Shown here: positions 13,290-24,899 of the stretch, piece after piece
Numbering within the stretch: position 1 is the stretch's first letter
Layout of the letters: each line of letters begins with the position of its first letter
Source: Lama glama
Lineage: Eukaryota
DNA length: 64,000 nucleotides
Assembly: GCA_028534125.1 (NCBI GenBank)
Contig: CM052816.1
Location: forward strand, 69,194,001 to 69,258,000
Direction of reading: 5' to 3'
Made by a program: the position numbers and the translations under genes
The notes under the pieces: model-generated
The model's input: the letters and a program-made list of their open reading frames with translations, nothing else
Database searches by the model: none
Told to the model about the DNA's origin: nothing

Positions 13290-14145
13290 TGAGTAAGATG
13301 TCTCTTGATCTCCCTTGAATTCTCATAGACAATGCCACAGGGTTTGGCCACAGATAAAAGCACTAAAAGTTTCCTCCCTTCCAATAAGAACTTAAAAAAA
13401 AAAAAAACTAGGTGAAATTAATTTTTTACTTTTTTTTCTTATGAAATCAAAAAGCTAAAAAAATAAGGGACTTAATTTGCAAAAATCTAGACGGCAAATC
13501 CTAGGTAGGTAAACTGAGCACATGAAGCCAATTGTCAAACCTGAAGACAAATGCAAAGCTGAGATGCTATTTTGGTGGCTTCACAAAGCAAAAAAGGAAG
13601 ACGTTAAAGCCTGGGGCACACGAAAGGTGGGGAAGTTCCACTTTCTGCTAGTATATATTAAACTTGGATCCAAAGGCCTGTACTTTCAAGCAAATGAAAG
13701 GCAAACCAGCCCTTGTGTGAATTTGCAACCCAGGTCTGGCTCACCTAGATGGTCCAAAGAACCACAGGCCTTGAACATGGACTAAGCAGGGCCCTTACTG
13801 GTAAAGCCCCAGTAACAGATAAAAATATTCTCCAGAGGAAAAGTCCCATCATCTATGACATCAATCACTGCTAAATTATTTTTTAATTACAGTCACCAGC
13901 ACATGGTCAAATATGATCAGTTGTATATGCATAAACCAGACAACATAAGCAAAAACAAGCAGAATAACAGAAAACAGAACCAGATCACAAAGACTTTAAA
14001 ATTAGAATTATAAAATACACACTATAAAATATCTGTGGTTTCTTATGTTTAGAAAAAATAAGCATAGATCTCCAAAGAATAAAAAGCTATAAAAAGGCCA
14101 AAAGCAACTACCAAATTTTTGTAAAAACAAAGAAACAAACAAAAT
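13290..14145 (+). mobile_element. Ancient L1M 5'UTR/ORF1-start remnant
   Basis: A-rich decayed text resembling the L1M 5' region and ORF1 start (cagatcacaaagactttaaaattagaattataaaatacacactataaaata). Confidence 0.45.
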
Positions 14146-15588
14146 GCATTCAAACACCTCCAAACATATTCCAGCAGAGCTGTACCAGCACAGATTGAGA
14201 AATTTACATGAATTTCTCCACTTATGAGCCTGGATAAAGTAAAAGTGGCTGGACACTACCTTTGAAAGATGAGTGCCTCCTCACCTCACTTTGGGTCCTA
14301 AGGCTGTCCTTTAGGAATAGGTTATCGATCCCACCCACCCTCCTTTTTCAAGAATGCAGATTTGGATAAAACTATACTTTTTTGATTACAGGTCACATAA
14401 ACCAAGAATATCCACTAGCAGTGCTGAATAGGCAATAGAGTGTTCCTTGTGAAGAAATACCTTGCCTAGTGTGAGAGAGGAAAGCTTATCCAACTCTTGA
14501 GTGCATTCTTCCTTTTGTATTTCCCTCAAAGGTGAGAAAAGCACAATTCTTCTACTGCAACTCCTTCATTTCCACATCATTCAATATGGTAGATGGTGCA
14601 ACGCTCTTATAGGAATGAAAGACTTATTCCTATAGGAAGGTCAGACAAACTGTCTTTGGCTGTCCTCCCCAAAGGGATGGCCTCAGGCAAAGAGAGACTT
14701 ACAAATATACACAAACACACAGCCTTACCTCCTTCCTGTTCCTGGGTAGTCCATCTCCAATGACTAATCAAGAGGTAAAAAGTATTTTCCCTCCTCTCCC
14801 CAACATGGGGACCTCTGAATATGATTCCATCTTCAGAACTCCCTATAGGATTGACTGTGTCTTCCACTGAGATATCCAGCATTGAAGTTCAACTTCTCCT
14901 GGTGCCCAATCCTGATTTCTTCTCTTTTCTTCTGCTGGTGACAATCCCAAGAGTACACATTCAGAGACAGCCTACACAGTGGTCTGTGTTCAAGTTTGCT
15001 ACAGGGGACCAGTTTATGACTCAAGCCTTCACTTATTTGATTGTCTGGACCTTATTGGGGGACAAAAGTTTCTTTTTCAGAGGTGCTCTAATTGCAAGAA
15101 CTTTTATTTAAGTAATAGGAAATCTCTGTTGTTCTTTCTGCTAATTTGGACAACTTTTCAGAAAATTTCTTGGAAATCACTCTGCAAGGACCATCAAGAT
15201 TTTAGCACATATCCTTCCAAATTCACCCCCCAGTTCTTCTCATATTCAACAAACAACTTCAGGGGAATAGCAGAGTCCTGATTCTTAGAGATGAAAACTA
15301 GTACCTGTTCCTAATCATAGCTGAGGACGCTCAATAGAGTCAAAGTCTTGGATTTTTAGTTTTCTTAAGAATCCAAGTTTTTTCTCTTCCTGAGAATGGG
15401 CCACTCCAATGCCAGTAGTATCTGTAACTGGGTGGGAACTGCAGGGCTACTTCTAAGATAAGCTATATGTCATCTTGTGAAGAGAGGTGGCTCTGAAGAT
15501 CCCTGAGAAAACCACTGTTTGATCGGGTTGCTTTAATTAAAATCAGTAAGTGACTAAGGTCTTACAATGGAGGTTGGTAGAGGCAAAG

Positions 15589-16087
15589 TGTCACCAGAAA
15601 AAGCCCACAAAAGACTAATATAGGTCTAACCTCTTCTTTTGTGCTTAGTCTATTTTCACTTGCCTGTAGGCGGCCGTGTGCAGAGGCCTTGCACCTATCA
15701 GTTTGGTGCAGAACAGCTTTGCCGGACACCTCAGCTTGCTCGTGTGGAGAAGTACTGTGAACGGCCCCTCAGCACAAGATGGCGAGGAGCGCCGAGTGCA
15801 CGGACGCTGGGGCGCTTCAGTCTGCAGTGCTGTGAGAAACCCGCGCCTGCGCACCACACGCGCAAGCGCCGCCCCCTTGCCGCTGAGGAGAACCCTGCGG
15901 GGCAGCCGCCAACAGCCGGTTTGCCGGGAGACGGCGTACTCTAGAGCCGGAGCGTGCGCCTCTGCATTCTTCCGTCAAAGAATAAAACCTTCCTTTGCTT
16001 CTGAACCGATCTCGGTTTGTTCTATGGACTGGAAGGACACTGGGCAGAGGACCCTTGTGGGAGACTGACTGGAAAAGGTCAGTAACA
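15589..16087 (+). mobile_element. ERVL LTR (MER76-like), unusually CpG-rich
   Basis: TGTCACCAGAAAAAGCCCAC...CAAGATGGCG...AATAAAACCTTCCTTTGCTTCTGAACCG...GGTCAGTAACA matches recalled MER76 termini; TSD is degenerate. Confidence 0.78.
15760..16083 (+). promoter_or_regulatory. Candidate LTR-derived CpG-island promoter and first exon
   Basis: YY1 CAAGATGGCG 15775-15784; NRF1-like GCGCCTGCGCA 15843-15853 and GCGCAAGCGC 15860-15869; GC box 15869-15876; donor AAG/GTCAGT at 16077/16078. Confidence 0.55.
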
Positions 16088-16184
16088 GAAGTTTCATTCC
16101 TTCACCCACTCTATCCTTCAAATCACTGAAATTAGAATCTGATTAAATTATTATCTGAGGAAAATACACATCCATAGCCCCTTT

Positions 16185-16442
16185 CCCCCAGCGTTATTGA
16201 GGTATATTTGAGGATACTTACGCGTACGTGATAATTTGATACACATTTACGTTGTGGAAGGATTCCCTCTCCTTGAACTAACACAATGGTCACCTCACAC
16301 GTTTAACTTTTTTTTCTCTTTTGGTAAGAATATTTAAGTTCTATTCTTTTAGCAAATGTTAATTGTACAATACAGTTTTATCAACTCTGGTCACCGTGCT
16401 GTAGGTCGCATCCTCAGAATTTATCATCTTACAATGGAAAGG
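16185..16442 (-). mobile_element. Old L1 (L1MA-like) 3' end
   Basis: ttattgaggtat...ttttagcaaatgttaattgtacaatacagttttatcaact...catcctcagaatttatcatcttac. Confidence 0.7.
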
Positions 16443-16626
16443 CTTTCATCAGGACCATAGCATTCGGAGGTTAGTATCATCAAGCCGTGGCAGCCAGTTT
16501 AATACTGACGCCTTTTGCGCTTGTCCCCTCCAGATCCATGGAGATGCAGCCTCGCAGCCTTAGATCCTTTGTTAGTTTTACAAATGAGTTTTATTTTCAT
16601 AATGCATACTAGGTTTAGGAACATCT

Positions 16627-16776
16627 TTTTGGGGATATTTATCTGTGTATTTATTTTTATTGAAGTATAGTTGATTTACAGTGTTGTGTTAGTTTCTGGT
16701 GTACAGCATAGTGATTCAGTTATACATATATACATATTCTTTATCATTATAGGTTATTACAAGATAGCGAATATAC
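16627..16776 (-). mobile_element. Short young L1 3' end
   Basis: tattgaagtatagttgatttacagtgttgtgttagtttctggtgtacagcatagtgattcag; probable TSD GAACATCT at 16619-16626 and 16777-16784. Confidence 0.85.
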
Positions 16777-17149
16777 GAACATCTAAAACATCTATTTTTA
16801 ACAAGTAAAATCATATTAAAAACCAGCAGAGCTGGGATGTTTTTCCGTTTAAGGGTGGCAGTAGCAGAGCACTGGGGAAATTTAACTGTTGTTTTACTGG
16901 TTTCAATAAAATGAAGATGTTGAGGATTATGAGCTCTCTTGACAGATTTATTTACCTTCAGATGCATGTATTGGTCTGGGGAGGGATGGGGTTAAAAGAG
17001 AAAAGGGACCTAGGAGACTAAAGGCTTGTGGTGAGGACAACCCACAGGGAACTGCGGGCATCCTGCGATAACATTCCACGGGATTCCACAAGTTACGCTG
17101 CATATTGATTCCCTGGAACCCAGAGTTCTGGAGAGACTTGCCCCAAGCT

Positions 17150-17470
17150 GCCAAAGGAAGAAGTAACCACCCGGGAAGGCAGATTAGTAATAGTGACACC
17201 GCCCCCTCAAGTTCAGGCGGAGAGGCCGTGGTCGGTGGGGCCTGTAGTGCGGGGTCTTGGCCGTCCTGTCCCCATGCTGCCCGCTCTCTGGGGCCTGGTC
17301 CTCACTGCCACCCCCAGGGCCGGGAGGCTGCCCTCTGCGCTCGGCCCGCTCATATCGGCGGGTCTGGTCTCGGCCAGCAGCGGCAGGAGGCAGGGTGGCT
17401 GAAGCCGGAGAGCGAGCCCAGCCGCAGAACTGGTGAGGTGCGCCCCTGGCCCCTGGGCCTAGGTCACCTG
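17150..17470. promoter_or_regulatory. Non-repetitive GC- and CpG-rich block (small CpG island)
   Basis: About 20 CpGs counted by eye in about 300 bp; GC boxes; donor-like CTG/GTGAGG near 17432. Confidence 0.5.
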
Positions 17471-18665
17471 GTGGTTGGGTTTGTCCTCCATGAGAGGAAA
17501 AGACAATAAGAGAAGGAGAAGATGAGAAGTGAAAAGGAACTTCTCCAGCCCTGGGAGCGTGTGTCTGAGGGCACATTCTGATCTGAATGTTCAAAAGTCA
17601 GCAAGGCTTTCCGGAAATGCACCTTGAGAACCTGGCTGAGGAGCTGAACATTAGTTCTATTTTGACTTTGCCTCAAAGTATCAAAACATTCACTTTCTCA
17701 TTATGTAGGATAAGGTTGAGAAGACTTTCAGTCAAACAGTATTTATAAACTGCTTGAGATCCTTATGCGATGAAAGAAATTTTTATCTTGATACCTGCTG
17801 TTTGGAAATGTTTTCAGGAGCCTGAGGGTCTGGGTGTTTCTTGGCCATAGAACTTCAAAGAATAAAGTAAAACTGGCCTGCATTGGACCAAAGAGAAATT
17901 TGCTTTTTGCTTTGGAGATGAAGGGGGAAGACAAGGGGAGAAATGCAAGGAGGAAGAGGCAAGAGCACAGAGCACAGTGGAGAGAGATGAGGGCCAGGTC
18001 CAACAGCCCAGTTGCCCAGCCTCATAGGCCATTGAAGAGATGCTGGGGGCTGCCCTTCATATGAAGTTCTGTGCCTTGCTGTGTCGTGAGACTCCATTTC
18101 TGCTCCAGAACCATCCATAAAGACTTGTCTGTTCATATTTCTTTTTGGTAGAACTCAGAGAAGGGGTGGTTGTTTTATAGGCAGAGAAGGAAGACCTCAT
18201 GGGAAACTGGGCTCCCAGGAATTCATGAAATTCCTAGGCTTCTGACAGCTAAGGATTAGGGAGAGTGGGGTCAAATTAATTTGGTTTCCAACTCCAAAAG
18301 ACAGGGATCCACTAAGTAACTTCTGGGTCACATAGGTAAAAGAAAATTAAATACCATTTAATTTGTATTCTGGAATACAAAAGAATACTTTTCCTATTCC
18401 AATACAGTTAGTTTTGTAATACCATTAGTGCTGAGCTCTGTGTGGCACAAAATTGGAAAAAAACTGGCCCTCCTTTCAGATGGGGTGAGCACGTAAATTA
18501 ATGAATACCATACAAGAGGGTAATTAACAGAGCTAAGAGGAAAGGTAATGTTAATGGGTAGGAAGGAGGAACTTTGAGGAGTACAGGTCATGCCTCTATC
18601 AATAAGATGTAAAGAAATCACTGCAGTGTCGTCTGCCTAGAGCCTCCTCCTTGAGGAGTCAATTC

Positions 18666-18755
18666 TTAGCACAGATTTTGTTAAGTCTGGAATGTTTGAA
18701 AGTCTTTTTCTTTAGCACAGATTTTGTTAAGTCTGGAATGTTTGAAAGTCTTTTT
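18666..18755. repeat. Perfect 44-bp tandem duplication
   Basis: TTAGCACAGATTTTGTTAAGTCTGGAATGTTTGAAAGTCTTTTT at 18666-18709 and 18712-18755. Confidence 0.95.
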
Positions 18756-21239
18756 AGGGTACTGCGGTTTTCTGAGTATTTCCTTCAAGGACTTTGTGCC
18801 TCATAAAAAATCTTCTGTATTTCTGTGGGAGTGATTTCTTAAGAAAAACAACAATAATAATAAAGATATTTTGTAACTCTTGGGTTACCACCTCAAGGAG
18901 AAAATAAAGAAAGCATTGTATAGAAAGTAATTGCAAAGGCAGTGGTGCCTTCATCAAATGGTCCCTTTGCTCCAGATGCGGGCCTTCTAGGGGAATCAGA
19001 AGAAGATTTCTTCCTGGTCAGATAGGTCTGCAGTGCTGCTCAGGCCATGTAACCCAGAGTATCTCACTATTAAGGGAAATTCTGAATCAGGGAACACAGG
19101 CATTTACAGATTTTTTTCTTTCTACTCTTCTAACATCTATACCTTGTACTTTTGCTTTAAAGATGTTTGACGTATTTTTTTCTAATGGCTTATTGTGTGT
19201 TATGATGCCCTAATGGATTTAGAATGAAAAGTTTCAGATTCAAATTCTGACCTTTTTACAAGCTGGTTGTGTGAACACAAGCAAACCACTATGTGAAGCC
19301 TCAATTTCTTCATCTATAAAGTGGACTGCTGATAACATCTGACATTTCGAAAAGCCTTTCTTGGGCTCAACCCAAAGTGCTGTCCAACTGGCAATCCTTA
19401 AATCAAGCCTTTGAGAACAGTGGGAGAGTATGTAGTCTGTTAGCTTATTATTTGTGTAATTCTCTTTGACTCTACCTTTTCTAACCCTTTCTATATTCCA
19501 TGCACTGTATCCAATGCTTGAGTCTGTTGTCTAATTTATTTTCACCACCACCCTATGAATTCAGCACTACCATCACCCCGTTTTATAACCAGAGACACCA
19601 AGGCTTCATTCAGGTTAAGCAGTTGCCTGTGATCACCCAGCTGGGAACCGAGACAACCTAACGCAGAGCCCATACCTTGGAGCCTCCTCCAGAAAGTGGC
19701 CACACTGTTCTGTCCCGAGTCTCCATCTAAAGCTCTCTTCACCCCTCATCTTGCACAGACATGTGTGCCCTCCTGCCTGGAAAGACTGATGGAAGTTGCT
19801 CAGTACCATCCTCCCACTTATATTGGCTATGTCACCAGCATCTCTACTTGCAGAAATCTCTGAGTGGTGTCATCTCAGGCCCTTGGGTGAAAAGATTTGC
19901 TGCAGAAACTGTGAGCTTCTTCCAGTGTTTGGAAAGTTTTGCGAGATGAATGGTGTCATTGGTCTTTCTGGGCTTGGTACTGGAGCCCCTCGTGTTTATG
20001 AGACAAGGGATGATGAGCTGCCTGGCTCCTCCCCAGTTGGCAGGCAGCAGCAACCATTTCTCACACCTAATTGGAGACTGCAACAACACAGTGCCAGCTC
20101 TCCAAGACCAGGCTTTGCCATTCACTGCCAAGTGATGGAAAACCCTCTGACCTGCCTCCTGATTGTTTTTAAATTAAAAGGTACTTTAGGGACAATTGAA
20201 ATTCCCCCAAGTGCTTGTCTGAATGATTTTGGCAGCTTCTCCCAAAGTGCTCTGGCTCCCAGCGCAACCACCCAGCCTCAGACTTTCCACCCTGTGCAGG
20301 CCCACGCCCTGCCTGTTTTATGAGCGCATGCTCTAGGCACTGAGCCAGCTCCTTGCCTGCTAAGGCTCTCTCCTGCCCAGCAGAGCTGGCATCTTTGCCC
20401 CAGGTCGACCAGTGGAAAGAGAAGCTGGTGAAGGGCCCTAGAGTCTGCTCTGGGTTTTGAGAAGAGCACCTCCCAGAGACTCTGGTTGGACAGCACACCT
20501 GTGAGCACTCGAATGAGATGCTTCAGGGGTCTTTGCTAGACCTGTCTGCCAGGGAGCACCCTTGCTGACTGAGGGTTGCTGCTTTCACAGAACCCTTGGG
20601 GGTTTTCCTTCTTGCCCTCGAGGATCAGAGCCATAGGCAGTCAAAGCTGAAAGCAGCACTAGGGAGAACCCACTCCAATCCCAAAGTAGGCCTATGGACA
20701 TGGGCAAGTGGCCTCTTGTTTAGCAATGAGTTCAGTGCAGAACTGGGACTGTGATCTGGGCCTCGTGTGGCCCAAGCTGTGCTCTGTCGCCACCCTTGTC
20801 TTCCGTGCCTCACTCTGCCACTGGATGGCTATTCTCCTCACCTCTTTCTTTCTGCTGGAAAGATAGGTTTATGGGCTATAATTTGAAGATGGAGAAAGTT
20901 ATGGGAGGCTCTGGAATCTAAATGGTCCATGTAAAGATGCAACTGAAGGAAGATACTATAAGAATCCATTTCTGTTTTAAAATGACTGTAATTATCTGAT
21001 GTAATCCAGATCTTATTCCCCTCAAAGCTGTTTTAGGGTCAGGATGTACTGAGTTGACTTTTTCTGTTCTTTCCCGACCATCCATGTTATTATCATTTCA
21101 TCATTGTCCCAATGTTCTTTTCTTCCTTTCCTTTCAGTGGGCCCTTTCAGGGCATTTTGTCATGTCCCAAAGCTGTAACTAGTTTTTCCTCCTTGCCTTC
21201 TCCTTTCCCATTTATACTCTCCCATTGGTGTTACTGGTT

Positions 21240-22410
21240 TGGCATTTTACACTCTTGACCATCTTCTCCCTGAAAGTCTCTGTTCCCTCAGCTTTAATGA
21301 GACCACACTCTGTGTTCCTCCTACCACTCTGGCTGCTTGTTCTTAATTTGTGGGCATTTCTTCTTCTGGGAGTTCTTCCCTGAATGTTAGAACTTTAGTT
21401 GGGTCCATCCTTGGCTTGGTCCATCTCTTCTCCTCACTACATCCTCTTCTAGAGTAAGCACTTCCGTGGTTTTCCTACTGCACCTGCACGCATGATTGTA
21501 GTGGACTGTTGAGTTGGGTTTTGTAGTAGATTTTCAAGGCCCAACAAGCTTCCTAATTTCCTGCCTCTAGTAACAAACCCTCTTTCCCTGGCCTGTGACC
21601 CATAATCTGGGCTGAGCTAGTCATTGCACAGCATCCTCTTATTGGGTTATGTTCTCACTCTTGGACCAAACATGGCTATCCTGGCTATTTTCCATTGGTA
21701 TCTTCTCACATCCACCAAGGATCGATTCTCCATCCTTTTCTGTCTTGCTCTGATCCCTAGGAGGCTGATTCTTACAGGCTGCAGCAACCAAGCTCCCTTG
21801 CCCTCTGGCTACTGGTGGATTTGGCAGTGGGAGATAGCAAGAATCAGGGGATGGAGAGAGAAAGAGCAGTCAAAGTATGTGACACCAGAATGGAGAGTCA
21901 AACCAGTAATGCCAAAGAGGACGAAGCTGATATGACCATTAAACCATAAGAGTAGGAAGAGTCATGTGTATGCGTGGGTTCATGAGTGTCTGGGCACAAA
22001 TAAGATATGAGGCTGAGACCCAACTGACACCCTTTCTGGGGCTAAGCCTTCATTTCTACCAGATTGCTGTGCCTGAATGACACATGGACTCCTCAAACCC
22101 AACCTGCCAATTCTGCCAACCCGAGCTTATCCTTCTCCTGTATTCCCAACAGTATCAGCCACCTCACCTTTCAGATTGTAAATCTCTTAGATTGTCTTTG
22201 ATTCTTCCTTTTCTCTAATTTCTCACATGTCCCAAGCTCTGTCAGTTCCCCCTGAAATGTCTTCCTCTCCATCCCCACTCCTTTGCTATAGTGTGAGCCC
22301 TTCATAACACTTACTTATCTTGTTGCCACTGCTTCTTAACCAGGTTAATTGGTCTCCTTATCCCAAGACTTACTCCAAAATAATCTACACATTGTCACTG
22401 GAGATGTTTC
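21240..22410 (+). mobile_element. L2 LINE RT-region remnant, interrupted by LTR fragments (LTR33-like near 21700-21880)
   Basis: Pyrimidine-rich text resembling the L2 RT region (actcttgaccatcttctccctgaaag, gggtccatccttggc); insert contains ccctaggaggctgattc...cccttgccctctggctac. Confidence 0.6.
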
Positions 22411-22414
22411 TTTC

Positions 22415-23730
22415 TCCTTTATTACTATGAAATATTTCAAAGTAGAGGGAAGTACATTACACTTATGTACCCACCATACAGATTGCTTTTTTAAAAAGAG
22501 GTTTAATAAAATATGGCAAAACATTTAGAAAAAAAACATTTCAGATATAGTTGAAGCTTCCTGTGTATCTCTCCCAATCACATTTCCCTCCTTTTCTCCT
22601 CGTAGGAGCCAACACCATCTTCAATTTTCTATTTATTTTTTAATAAAAAAATTTTTTTAATGTTTTTAATGGAGGCACTGGGGATTGAACCGAGGATCTT
22701 GCACATACTAAGCACACACTTTACTACTGAGCTATACCCCAACCCCTCCTATTTATTTTTCACAAGAAATGTTTTTTACCACATATATATGCATCCATTA
22801 ACAATATTTAGTAAAAATATATATATATTTAGTATGGTTTTGCTTATGTAAAATCTTTATAGAAATGATATAAGCTGTATGCTATCCATCTGCAAGTTAC
22901 TTTTCTCATCAGTGTGTTTTTAAGAGATTTATACCTGTAGATACTTGTAGTTTTATTTTATTAATTTTAGCTACTATAGAATCTTCCATTGTGTGAATAT
23001 ACTACAACTTACTTATATGCTCTTCTGTTGATGGGTATTTTTGTTATTTCCAGTTTTTCACAATGATAAACATGCCACAAATGAACTTTCTTATCTGTAT
23101 ATCTTTGTATATGTGTAAAAGTCTCTGAGAGGTAGACACATGGAATAAAACTGATGAGTCTAACAGCAGACACATCTTTATCTTGATATGTTATCAAATT
23201 ATTCTCCAGATTCTCTTAGTAATAAGAATTACCATTTCATACTCATCAGACTGACAAAAAAAAAAAAAAAGTCTAACACCCCCAAGTATTAGAGATATTC
23301 TGGAGAACTAAGATCTCACAGTTCTTTTAATTTGCATTTTCTTACTTACTAGTAAGATGGTGCATTGCTCATATTTATTTACTATTCTGGGTTCCTCTTA
23401 TGTGTGTTGCTGGTTTATATCCTTAGCACATTTTTCTATTGAATATTTATTGGCTTCTTTTTCTATTGATGTAGGAATTCTTCTTATGTGCTGGATATTT
23501 TTCCTTTGGTCATTATGAGGGTCAGTTTTCTTCTCCCAGTCAGTGGCTGGTATTTTCACTCTGATAAATTTGACTGCATTAAAAATTTTTTAATTTCTAT
23601 TTTTAAAAAAACCCACTATAAATAATATTTTCCTTTGCAGTTGATTCTTTCATGCCTTATTGAAGAAATCCTTTTCTACCTTGAGATCATAGAAATATTC
23701 TTATGTGTTTTTTCTTACACAATTGTAATC
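22415..23730 (-). mobile_element. Ancient L1ME 3' region with a nested SINE and an internal micro-inversion
   Basis: ttccattgtgtgaatatactacaac...ttttaatttgcattttc...ttgaagaaatccttttctacc. Confidence 0.7.
22641..22748 (-). mobile_element. Camelid tRNA-Ala-derived SINE (Vic-1-like)
   Basis: Reverse complement ggggtatagctcagtagtaaag...cggttcaatccccagtgcctccatt plus A-rich tail; TSD CTATTTATTTTT at 22629-22640 and 22749-22760. Confidence 0.88.
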
Positions 23731-24899
23731 TGATCAAGGCTGGAAAACTGTAACAGTTCAAATAACAGGAGCTAGTCAACAGGTCATTAGAAAACAAACA
23801 ACAAACAAATTCAAATGAGTGCCTCAGGAAACCCCACCATTTTCTTTTGAGCTGTGCGACCCTGAGAGGGTCACTGAGCTTCTCCTGTGTTTGTCCCTGG
23901 CTGATTGGGAGGCCCTGAACAGATGCCAAGGAGGGCTGCTCTTCACATGACTGCCCTCGACTGCTCTCCCAGTCCTTCCTCTGGCATTTTCTGGATTTGT
24001 GAAGTCTCCGCTGCAGTTAAAATGCCATCTTCCACATCCTGGACTAGGAGAACCTTGTGCTGACCTGGACAACTCAGCTGGAACATGGCAAAAAACACTC
24101 AGAACTTCGAATCTGAGCTGGCTTCATTTTTTCAAGTAAGTGGGGTTACGGAGCCCCTGCCAGGAAGACAGAATGAGGAGTGGGTTATTATAATGGATCC
24201 AAAATGAAGCCCTAGATTCCTTCAGGGGAGAGATGGGGAGAAATGGGATATTGATTCCACCTCCCTCAACCACATTCTTGGTGTTTAGAGATTCTGGATG
24301 ATCAGTCAGGACTTGGTCTAGGAAACTTGGAAACAGAAAAGAGATGAAGTTTGTTTTGAACTGAACTTCAGCTCTTGCCATTCTGCAACTCTAACTCCTT
24401 TTTTGGTGCTCCTTCTTTTTCTCCTACGTCATGTCCTTAGCACCCCTCACCCTCACCACACATCACCCTTTCTTATTCTGCCTACCAAAACCTGCACTCC
24501 AAACAGCACCTGGCACACAGCAGGCCTCAGTAAATGTGGCCATTATCAGCAAGGAATAAAGGACTAGCATCCTTTGTTGTGTACTTTACATGTACTTCCT
24601 ATTATCATCATGCCCATTTTACAGTTGAGGAAACTGAAGCAAAAGAAGTTAAGTAATCAACTTATGTTCATGAAAATATTGACAAAAGGAGCCTAGACTC
24701 ACACAAAAATGGAGCTCATTCTCTGAACAACTCTGGCTTCCCAAGCTATATTCCAGACTGAGGCAGCAGAGGGGAGGTTGAGCATCCAAAGTCACACAGA
24801 CACCTACTCCCTACCCAGGCAGTGGCTGAATTATCCTTACCACAGAGCCCCGTCAGTGCATATGTGAGTGCTGTGCCCGAGGAATGGGGATCAAGGGAA

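Noticed and set aside
14240..15090. Faint resemblance to bornavirus L polymerase motifs (VAGHYL/LKDEC near 14245-14275; SGP/IGG/SFFFRG near 15043-15085)
   Set aside because: Each match needs frameshifts, the spacing (about 800 nt) is far larger than the roughly 110 codons I recall between these motifs, and no GDN motif is seen upstream. Likely chance unless a translated search says otherwise.
15639..17594. Cluster of 70-136 aa ORFs on both strands
   Set aside because: Explained by stop-codon scarcity in the CpG/GC-rich LTR and island; peptides are Arg/Gly/Pro/Ala-biased with no domain.
19796..20323. 175-aa ORF with a hydrophobic N-terminus resembling a signal peptide
   Set aside because: Non-ATG start, no recognisable domain, and overlapping ORFs in several frames, as expected by chance in GC-richer DNA.
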